Source: Octopus sinensis (taxonomy: Eukaryota). From it: a DNA stretch of 21,968 nt. Position numbers and translations under genes: made by a program. Location of the stretch: NCBI RefSeq assembly GCF_006345805.1, contig NW_021823568.1:1-21968 (forward strand). The letters are read 5' to 3'. The notes beneath the pieces are model-generated. The model made no database searches, was not told where the DNA came from, and was given only the letters and a program-made list of their open reading frames with translations. Positions 9,248-19,185 of the stretch are shown piece after piece. Position 1 is the first letter of the stretch; the number at the start of each line of letters is the position of its first letter.

Positions 9248-12200
9248 TATAGGCGCAGGTGTGGCTGTGTAGTATAGGCGCAGGAGTGACTATGTGGTAT
9301 AGGCGCAGGAGTGGCTGTGTGGTATAGGCGCAGGAGTGGCTGTGTGGTATAGGCGCAGGAGTGACTATGTGGCATAGGCGCGGGAGTGGCTGTGTAGTAT
9401 AGGCGCAGGAGTGGCTGTGTGGTATAGGCGCAGGAGTGACTATGTGGCATAGGCGCGGGAGTGGCTGTGTAGTATAGGCGCGGGAGTGGCTGTGTAGTAT
9501 AGGCGCAGGAGTGGCTGTGTGGTATAGGCGCAGGAGTGACTATGTGGCATAGGCGCGGGAGTGGCTGTGTAGTATAAGCGCAGGAGTGGCTGTGTGGTAT
9601 AGGCGCAGGAGTGACTATGTGGCATAGGCGCGGGAGTGACTATGTGGCATAGGCGCAGGAGTGGCTGTGTGGTATAGGCGCAGGAGTGACTATGTGGCAT
9701 AGCGCGGGAGTGGCTGTGTAGTATAGGCGCAGGAGTGGCTGTGTGGTATAGGCGCAGGAGTGACTATGTGGCATAGGCGCGGGAGTGGCTGTGTAGTATA
9801 GGCGCGGGAGTGGCTGTGTAGTATAGGCGCAGGAGTGGCTGTGTGGTATAGGCGCAGGAGTGACTATGTGGCATAGGCGCGGAGTGGCTGTGTAGTATAA
9901 GCGCAGGAGTGGCTGTGTGGTATAGGCGCGGGAGTGACTATGTGGCATAGGCGCGGGAGTGACTATGTGGCATAGGCGCAGGAGTGGCTGTGTGGTATAG
10001 GCGCAGGAGTGACTATGTGGCATAGGCGCGGGAGTGGCTGTGTAGTATAGGCGCGGGAGTGGCTGTGTAGTATAGGCGCAGGAGTGGCTGTGTGGTATAG
10101 GCGCAGGAGTGACTATGTGGCATAGGCGCGGGAGTGGCTGTGTAGTATAGGCGCGGGAGTGGCTGTGTAGTATAGGCGCAGGAGTGACTATGTGGCATAG
10201 GCGCGGGAGTGGCTGTGTAGTATAGGCGCAGGAGTGGCTGTGTGGTATAGGCGCAGGAGTGACTATGTGGCATAGGCGCGGGAGTGGCTGTGTAGTATAG
10301 GCGCAGGAGTGGCTGTGTGGTATAGGCGCGGGAGTGCCTATGTGGCATAGGCGCAGGAGTGACTATGTGGCATAGGCGCGGGAGTGGCTGTGTAGTATAG
10401 GCGCAGGTGTGGCTGTGTGGTATAGGCGCGGGAGTGACTATGTGGCATAGGCGCAGGAGTGACTATGTGGCATAGGCGCGGGAGTGGCTGTGTAGTATAG
10501 GCGCAGGTGTGGCTGTGTGGTATAGGCGCGGGAGTGACTATGTGGCATAGGCGCAGGAGTGACTATGTGGCATAGGCGCGGGAGTGGCTGTGTAGTATAG
10601 GCGCAGGAGTGGCTGTGTGGTATAGGCGCAGGAGTGACTATGTGGCATAGGCGCAGGAGTGACTATGTGGCATAGGCGCGGGAGTGGCTGTGTAGTATAG
10701 GCGCAGGAGTGGCTGTGTGGTATAGGCGCAGGAGTGACTATGTGGCATAGGCGCGGGAGTGGCTGTGTAGTATAGGCGCAGGAGTGGCTGTGTGGTTTAT
10801 AGGCGCAGGAGTGACTATGTGGCATAGGCGCGGAGTGACTATGTGGCATAGGCGCGGGAGTGGCTGTGTAGTATAAGCGCAGGAGTGGCTGTGTGGTATA
10901 GGCGCAGGAGTGACTATGTGGCATAGGCGCGGAGTGGCTTTGTAGTTAGGCGCAGGAGTGACTATGTGGCATAGGCGCGGGTGACTATGTGGCATAGGCG
11001 CGGGAGTGGCTGTGTAGTATAAGCGCAGGAGTGACTATGTGGCATAGGCGCGGGAGTGGCTGTGTAGTATAGGCGCGGGAGTGACTATGTGGCATAGGCG
11101 CAGGAGTGGCTGTGTAGTATAGGCGCGGGAGTGACTATGTGGCATAGGCGCAGGAGTGGCTGTGTAGTATAGGCGCAGGAGTGACTATGTGGCATAGGCG
11201 CGGGAGTGGCTGTGTAGTATAGGCGCAGGAGTGGCTGTGTGGTATAGGCGCAGGAGTGACTATGTGGCATAGGCGCAGGAGTGACTATGTGGCATAGGCG
11301 CAGGAGTGGCTGTGTAGTATAGGCGCAGGAGTGGCTGTGTAGTATAGGCGCAGGAGTGACTATGTGGCATAGGCGCAGGAGTGGCTGTGTAGTATAGGCG
11401 CGGGAGTGGACTATGTGGCATAGGCGCAGGAGTGGCTGTGTAGTATAGGCGCGGGAGTGACTATGTGGCATAGGCGCAGGAGTGGCTGTGTAGTATAGGC
11501 GCAGGAGTGACTATGTGGCATAGGCGCGGGAGTGACTATGTGGCATAGGCGCGGGAGTGGCTGTGTGTAGTATAAGCGCAGGAGTGACTATGTGGCATAG
11601 GCGCGGGAGTGGCTGTGTAGTATAGGCGCGGGAGTGACTATGTGGCATAGGCGCAGGAGTGGCTGTGTAGTATAGGCGCGGGAGTGACTATGTGGCATAG
11701 GCGCAGGAGTGGCTGTGTAGTATAGGCGCAGGAGTGACTATGTGGCATAGGCGCGGGAGTGACTATGTGGCATAGGCGCGGGAGTGGCTGTGTAGTATAA
11801 GCGCAGGAGTGGCTGTGTGGTATAGGCGCAGGAGTGACTATGTGGCATAGGCGCAGGAGTGACTATGTGGCATAGGCGCAGGAGTGGCTGTGTAGTATAG
11901 GCGCAGGAGTGGCTGTGTAGTATAGGCGCAGGAGTGACTATGTGGCATAGGCGCAGGAGTGGCTGTGTAGTATAGGCGCGGGAGTGACTATGTGGCATAG
12001 GCGCAGGAGTGGCTGTGTAGTATAGGCGCGGGAGTGACTATGTGGCATAGGCGCAGGAGTGGCTGTGTAGTATAGGCGCAGGAGTGACTATGTGGCATAG
12101 GCGCGGGAGTGACTATGTGGCATAGGCGCGGGAGTGGCTGTGTAGTATAAGCGCAGGAGTGACTATGTGGCATAGGCGCGGGAGTGGCTGTGTAGTATAG

Positions 12201-15200
12201 GCGCGGGAGTGACTATGTGGCATAGGCGCAGGAGTGGCTGTGTAGTATAGGCGCGGGAGTGACTATGTGGCATAGGCGCAGGAGTGGCTGTGTAGTATAG
12301 GCGCAGGAGTGACTATGTGGCATAGGCGCGGGAGTGACTATGTGGCATAGGCGCGGAGTGGCTGTGTGTAGTATAAGCGCAGGAGTGACTATGTGGCATA
12401 GGCGCGGGAGTGGCTGTGTGGTATAGGCGCGGGAGTGGCTGTGTGGTATAGGCGCAGGAGTGACTATGTGGCATAGGCGCGGGAGTGGCTGTGTAGTATA
12501 GGCGCGGGAGTGACTATGTGGCATAGGCGCAGGAGTGGCTGTGTAGTATAGGCGCGGGAGTGACTATGTGGCATAGGCGCAGGAGTGGCTGTGTAGTATA
12601 GGCGGCGGGAGTGACTATGTGGCATAGGCGCAGGAGTGGCTGTGTAGTATAGGCGCAGGAGTGACTATGTGGCATAGGCGCGGGAGTGACTATGTGGCAT
12701 AGGCGCGGGAGTGGCTGTGTAGTATAAGCGCAGGAGTGACTATGTGGCATAGGCGCGGGAGTGGCTGTGTAGTATAGGCGCGGGAGTGACTATGTGGCAT
12801 AGGCGCAGGAGTGGCTGGTAGTATAGGCGCGGGAGTGACTATGTGGCATAGGCGCAGGAGTGGCTGTGTAGTATAGGCGCAGGAGTGACTATGTGGCATA
12901 GGCGCGGGAGTGGCTGTGTAGTATAGGCGCAGGAGTGGCTGTGTGGTATAGGCGCAGGAGTGACTATGTGGCATAGGCGCAGGAGTGACTATGTGGCATA
13001 GGCGCAGGAGTGGCTGTGTAGTATAGGCGCAGGAGTGACTATGTGGCATAGGCGCGGGAGTGACTATGTGGCATAGGCGCAGGAGTTGGCTGTGTAGTAT
13101 AGGCGCAGGAGTGACTATGTGGCATAGGCGCGGGAGTGGCTGTGTAGTATAAGGCGCAGGAGTGGCTGTGTTGTATAGGCGCAGGAGTGGCTGTGTGTAT
13201 AGGCGCAGGAGTGACTATGTGGCATAGGCGCGGGAGTGGCTGTGTAGTAAGGCGCAGGTGTGGCTGTGGTAGTATAGGCGCAGAGTGAGTGACTATGTTG
13301 CATGGCGCAGGAGTGGCTGTGTAGTATAGGCGCGGGAGTGGCTGTGTAGTATAGGCGCAGGAGTGACTATGTTGTATAGGCGCAGGAGTGGCTGTGTAGT
13401 ATATGCGCCGAGTGGACTATGTGGCATAGGCGCGGGAGTGGCTGTGTAGTATAGGCGCAGGTGTGGCTGTGTAGTATAGGCGCGGAGTGACTATGTGGTA
13501 TAGGCGCGGGAGTGGCTGGGTATGGTATAGGCGCAGGAGTGACTATGTGGCATAGGCCGCGGGAGTGGCTGTGTGGTTATAGCGCAGGAGTGACTATGTG
13601 GTATAGGCGCGCGGAGTGGCTGTTATAATAGGCGCAGGAGTGGACTATGTGGTATAGGCGCGGGAGTGGCTGTGTGGTATAGGCGCAGGAGTGACTATGT
13701 GGTATGGGCGCGGAGTGGCTGTGTGTGGTATAGGCGCAGGAGGACTATGTGCATAGGCGCGGGAGTGGCTGTGTGTATAGGCGCAGGAGTGACTATGTGT
13801 ATAGGCGCGGGAGTGGCTGTGTGGTATAGGCGCAGGAGTGACTATGTGGCATAGGCGCGGGAGTGGCTGTGTGGTATAGGCGCAGGAGTGACTATGTGGT
13901 ATAGGCGAGGGAGTGGCTGTGTGGTATAGGCGGCAGGAGTGACTATGTGGCATAGGCGCGGGAGTGGCTGTGTGGTATAGGCGCAGGAGTGACTATGTGG
14001 TATAGGCGCGGGGGTGGCTGTGTGGTATAGGCGCGGGAGTGCTGTGTGGTATAGGCGCAGGAGTGACTATGTGGCATAGGCGCGGGAGTGGCTGTGTGGT
14101 ATAGGCGCAGGAGTGACTATGTGGTATAGGCGCGGGAGTGGCTGTGTGGTATAGGCGCAGGAGTGACTATGTGGCATAGGCGCGGGAGTGGCTGTGTGGT
14201 ATAGGCGCAGGAGTGACTATGTGGTATAGGCGCGGGAGTGGCTGTGTGGTATAGGCGCGGGAGTGGCGTGTGGTATAGGCGCAGGAGTGACTATGTGGTA
14301 TAGGCGCGGGAGTGGCTGTGTTTATAGGCGCAGGAGTGACAATGTTGGTATAGGCGCGGGAGTGGCTGTGTTGTATAGGCGCAGGAGTGACTATGTGGTA
14401 TAGGCGCGGGAGTGGCTGTGTAGTATAGGCGCAGGAGTGACTATGTGGTATAGGCGCGGGAGTGGCTGTGTGGTATAGGCGCAGGAGTGACTATGTGGCA
14501 TAGGCGCAGGAGTGGCTGTGTAGTATAGGCGCAGGAGTGACTATGTGGTATAGGCGCGGGAGTGGCTGTGTGGTATAGGCGCAGGAGTGACTATGTGGTA
14601 TAGGCGCGGGAGTGGCTGTGTGGTATAGGCGCAGGAGTGACTATGTGGTATAGGCGCGGGAGTGGCTGTGTGGTATAGGCGCAGGAGTGACTATGTGGTA
14701 TAGGCGCGGGAGTGGCTGTGGGGTATAGGCGCAGGAGTGACTATGTGGTATAGGCGCGGGAGTGGCTGTGTGGTATAGGCGCAGGAGTGACTATGTGTAT
14801 AGGCGCGGGAGTGGCTGTGTAGTATAGGCGCAGGAGTGACTATGTGGTATAGGCGCGGGAGTGACTATGTGGCATAGGCGCGGGAGTGGCTGTGTAGTAT
14901 AGGCGCAGGAGTGACTATGTGGCATAGGCGCAGGAGTGGCTGTGTGGTATAGGCGCAGGAGTGACTATGTGGCATAGGCGCGGGAGTGGCTGTGTGGTAT
15001 AGGCGCAGGAGTGACTATGTGGCATAGGCGCGGGAGTGGCTGTGTAGTATAGGCGCAGGAGTGACTATGTGGCATAGGCGCGGGAGTGACTATGTGGCAT
15101 AGGCGCGGGAGTGGCTGTGTAGTATAGCCGCAGGAGTGACTATGTGGCATAGGCGCAGGAGTGGCTGTGTAGTATAGGCGCAGGAGTGACTATGTGGCAT

Positions 15201-16202
15201 AGGCGCAGGAGTGGCTGTGTAGTATAGGCGCAGGAGTGGCTGTGTGGCATAGGCGCGGGAGTGGCTGTGTGGTATAGGCGCAGGAGTGACTATGTGGTAT
15301 AGGCGCGGGAGTGGCTGTGTGGTATAGGCGCGGGAGTGGCTGTGTGGTATAGGCGCAGGAGTGACTATGTGGTATAGGCGCGGGAGTGGCTGTGTGGTAT
15401 AGGCGCAGGAGTGACTATGTGGTATAGGCGCGGGAGTGGCTGTGTGGTATAGGCGCAGGAGTGACTATGTGGTAATACGCGGGAGTGGCTGTGTAGTATA
15501 GGCGCAGGAGTGACTATGTGGTATAGGCGCGGGAGTGACTATGTGGCATAGGCGCGGGAGTGGCTGTGTGGTATAGGCGCAGGAGTGACTATGTGGCATA
15601 GGCGCAGGAGTGGCTGTGTGGTATAGGCGCAGGAGTGACTATGTGGCATAGGCGCGGGAGTGGCTGTGTAGTATAGGCGCAGGAGTGACTATGTGGCATA
15701 GGCGCGGGAGTGACTATGTGGCATAGGCGCGGGAGTGGCTGTGTAGTATAGGCGCAGGAGTGACTATGTGGCATAGGCGCGGGAGTGACTATGTGGCATA
15801 GGCGCAGGAGTGGCTGTGTAGTATAGGCGCGGGAGTGACTATGTGGCATAGGCGCAGGAGTGGCTGTGTAGTATAGGCGCAGGAGTGACTATGTGGCATA
15901 GGCGCAGGAGTGGCTGTGTAGTTATAGGCGCGGGAGTGACTATGTGGCATAGGCGCAGGAGTGGCTGTGTAGTATAGGCGCAGGAGTGACTTGTGGCATA
16001 GGCGCGGGAGTGGCTGTGTAGTATAGGCGCAGGAGGGCTGTGTAGTATAGGCGCAGAGTGGCTGTGTAGTATAGGCGCAGGAGTGACTATGTGGCATAGG
16101 CGCAGGAGGTGGCTGTGTGGTAGTATAGGCGCAGGAGTGGCTGTGTGGCATAGCGCGGGAGTGGCTGTGTGGTATATAGGCGCAGGAGCGGCTATGTGGT
16201 AT
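9248..16202 (+). repeat. ~7 kb minisatellite of 25-bp units (about 278 copies), derived from a SINE head
   Basis: Units AGGCGC(A/G)GGAGTG(A/G)CT(A/G)TGT(A/G)G(C/T)AT; the 25-aa periodicity of the spurious ORFs equals 3 x 25 bp. Copy number estimated as length/25. Confidence 0.98.
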
Positions 16203-16405
16203 AGGCGAAGAAGTAGGTGTGCGGTAAGTAGCTTGATTACCAACCACATGGTTCCGGCTTCAGTCTTACTGCTTTGCACCTTAGGCACACACACAACACA
16301 AGGACACACACGCATACACACACAAAGATAAACACTTTTTATAGCCACGGGCCACCAAAGCCTTGTGAGTGGATTTGATTGGCGGAAACTGAAGGAAGCA
16401 CGTCG
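16201..16405 (+). mobile_element. tRNA-derived SINE, degenerate, with an internal ~48-bp insertion and (TA)n tail
   Basis: The head resembles one array unit and continues GTAAGTAGCTTGATTACCAACCACATGGTTCCGGCTTCAGTC (degenerate B box ~16257-16267, about 45 nt after the A-box-like motif). Body CCAAAGCCTTGTGAGTGGATTTG...GGAAACTGAAGGAAGC matches an abundant Octopus SINE as I recall it (unverified). Confidence 0.8.
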
Positions 16406-16442
16406 TATATATGTATATATATATATATTAATATATAGTATA

Positions 16443-16493
<51 letters not shown>

Positions 16494-16496
16494 GTT

Positions 16497-16560
<64 letters not shown>

Positions 16561-16588
16561 CAAATATATATATATATATATATATACG
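16405..16588. repeat. (TA)n microsatellite
   Basis: Read directly. Confidence 0.95.
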
Positions 16589-16684
16589 TATGTGACCCTT
16601 CATCAGCTGTCGGCTGTTCATCCACTTAACATTTCGAGCAATTAATGATAATATAAGCTTCGAAAAAAACAGTTGCTCCCGCAA
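16588..16684 (-). repeat. Copy 1 of a diverged ~90-bp repeat (inverted partner at 17119-17195)
   Basis: Reverse complement GCGGGAGCAACTGT..TTCGAA..ATT..GCTCGAAATGT..AACAGCCGA..GCTGATGA aligns to 17119-17190. Confidence 0.7.
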
Positions 16685-16699
16685 GTAAAATACTGTACT

Positions 16700-16852
16700 C
16701 TCTTCCCCTTTTCTCTCTCTTCCTTTTTCTAATTCTTTTTTCTCCCCTTCTCCCTCTTTCGTTTTTCTCTTTCATCTTTTTTTCTCAATTCTTCTTTCTC
16801 CACTTCACCGTTTTTTTATCTCTCTCCCCCACTTCCTCCTTTACTCTCTCTC
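16700..16852. repeat. Polypyrimidine (CT-rich) low-complexity tract
   Basis: Read directly. Confidence 0.85.
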
Positions 16853-17118
16853 GTTGCTCATAAGTGACCCTCGTTCATCTTTCTTTTCCTCAGGAGATCA
16901 TCATTCTTTTCCTCTAGTCTGTCACACAGACCAGACGCACTCTTACCTCCTATCCTGTATTTTCTCTTGTCAAAGAATATCCTCCAGCGTTCGCTACCTT
17001 ACCTCGTCTGGCCTAACAGCCCACCATTTTTATTTTCATTTGGTTTGTTGTATGTCCCCATTGTCCTCTTTTTGTTACTAACTTTGACCCTCCGCAAATC
17101 CCAAATGTTTTGGGGTTC

Positions 17119-17195
17119 GCGGAGTAACTGTCTTTCGAAACCTCATATTGCTCGAAGTGTGGAGATCAACAGCCGAAATGGTGATGAGTCGTCCT
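17119..17195 (+). repeat. Copy 2 of the diverged repeat, overlapping a 15-bp hairpin at 17090-17124
   Basis: GCGGAGTAACTGTCTTTCGAAACCTCATATTGCTCGAAGTGT..AACAGCCGAAATGGTGATGA. Confidence 0.7.
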
Positions 17196-17291
17196 TTGTT
17201 TTCCATTTGTCTCTCTCGTTGATCGCATAACCAAGTTTGCCTACGTATTTCATGTTGTTTACGTTTTATGACATCCTATACCCATATAAGC

Positions 17292-17335
<44 letters not shown>

Positions 17336-17460
17336 GCAGGAGACATTGAGAGCCATTCTAAGCATTCTCGTATAACAATCATCCAACTGCTTCTTCAATG
17401 CTTTAGGGAGCACCCATATTTCAGCCCCGTATAGAAGAGAAGATTCCACTGTTGCCACTG
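17336..17460 (-). mobile_element. RTE-clade LINE ORF2 fragment embedded in (TA)n
   Basis: Encodes VATVESSLLYGAEIWVLPKALKKQLDDCYTRMLRMALNVS, matching the LLYGxETW...RMLR post-RT motif of RTE-like elements. (TA)n on both sides (17293-17335, 17461-17558). Confidence 0.85.
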
Positions 17461-17502
<42 letters not shown>

Positions 17503-17520
17503 CTATATATATATATATAT

Positions 17521-17554
<34 letters not shown>

Positions 17555-17559
17555 TATAA

Positions 17560-19125
17560 TATTGTTAATAATTATTGTTAATTAGCCTTAGGATTAAATT
17601 AAATAACGTTTAATATTGTGTTAATATTGTTAATAATTATTGTTAATTAGCCTTAAGATTAAATTAAATAACGTTTAATATTGTTAATATTGTTAATAAT
17701 TATTGTTAATTAGCCTTAGGATTAATTAATAAATTACGTTTAATATTGTTAATAATAATGATTGTTAATTAGCCTTAAGATTAAATTAAATAACGTTTAA
17801 TATGTTAATAATTTTTCAGATACTCTATCTTCTAATTAGCCTTAAGATTAAATTAAATAACGTTTAATATTAATAACGTCTAATTAGCCTTAGGATTAAA
17901 TTAAATAACGTTTAATATTGTTTAATATTGTTAATAATTACTGTTAATTAGCCTTAAGATTAAATTAAATAACGTTTAATATTGTTTAATATTGTTAATA
18001 ATTATTGTTAATTAGCCTTAAGATTAAATTAAATAACGTTTAATATTGTTTTAATATTGTTAATAATTCTTCAGATACTCTATCTTCTAATTAGCCTTAA
18101 GATTAAATTAAATAACGTTTAATATTACCCACACTCTAATATAATATTAACATTGCTAATATATTTTCAGATATAGGATTAAATTAAATAACGTTTAATA
18201 TTGTTTAATATTGTTAATAATTACTGTTAATTAGCCTTAAGATTAAATTAAATAACGTTAATATTGTTTAATATTGTTAATAATTATTGTTAATTAGCTT
18301 AGGATTAAATTAAATAACGTTTAATATTGTTAATATTGTTAATAATTATTGTTAATTAGCCTTAAGATTAAATTAAATAACGTTTAATATTGTTTAATAT
18401 TGTTAATAATTCTTCAGATACTCTATCTTCTAATTAGCCTTAAGATTAAATTAATAACGTTTAATATTACCCACACTCTAATATAATATTAACATTGCTA
18501 ATATATTTTCAGATACTCTATCTCCTAATTAGCCTTAAGATTAAAAACGTTTTTACCCACACTCTAATATAATATTAATATTGCTAATATATTTTCAGAT
18601 GCTCTATCTTCTAATTAGCCTTAAGATTAAATTAAATAACGTTTAATATAAAACGTCTAATTAGCCTTAAGATTAAATTAAATAACGGTTAATATTGCTT
18701 AATATTGTATATATAATTTTTCAGATACTCTGTCTTCTAATTAGCCTTAAGATTAAATTAAATAACGTTTAATATTACCCACACTCTAATATAATATTAA
18801 TATTGCTAATATATTTTCAGATACTCTATCTCCAAATCAGCCTTAGATTAAATAACGTTTTTTTTTTTTTTACCCACACTCTAATATAATATTAATATGC
18901 TAATATATTTTCAGATACTCTATCTCCTAATTAGCCTTAAGATTAAATAACCGTTTTTATCCACACTCTAATATAATATTAATATTGCTAATACATTTTC
19001 AGATACTCTATCCCCTAATTAGCCTTAAGATTAAATAACGTTTTTACCCAAAAAACGTTTTTACACAAACTTTAATATTGTTAATATTTCTTTTTCAAGT
19101 ACTCTATCTTCTAATTAGCCTTAAT
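17560..19125. repeat. AT-rich satellite, about 21 monomers of ~45-95 bp
   Basis: Recurrent core TAATTAGCCTTAAGATTAAATTAAATAACGTTT; left monomers ~64 bp, right monomers ~86-95 bp. Confidence 0.95.
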
Positions 19126-19185
19126 ATCTTCCTGTATTCTCTCGAACATAATTAGATAGATAAACGGATAGACGGATTATCCAGC

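Noticed and set aside
9248-16202. CRISPR-like or telomeric array
   Set aside because: No unique spacers, eukaryotic context, and the unit is explained by the SINE head.
9247-16348. Many ORFs with MPHSHSCAYTTQPLLRL repeats
   Set aside because: Frame-cycling translation of a 25-bp unit (not a multiple of 3) with regular stops; no evidence of coding.
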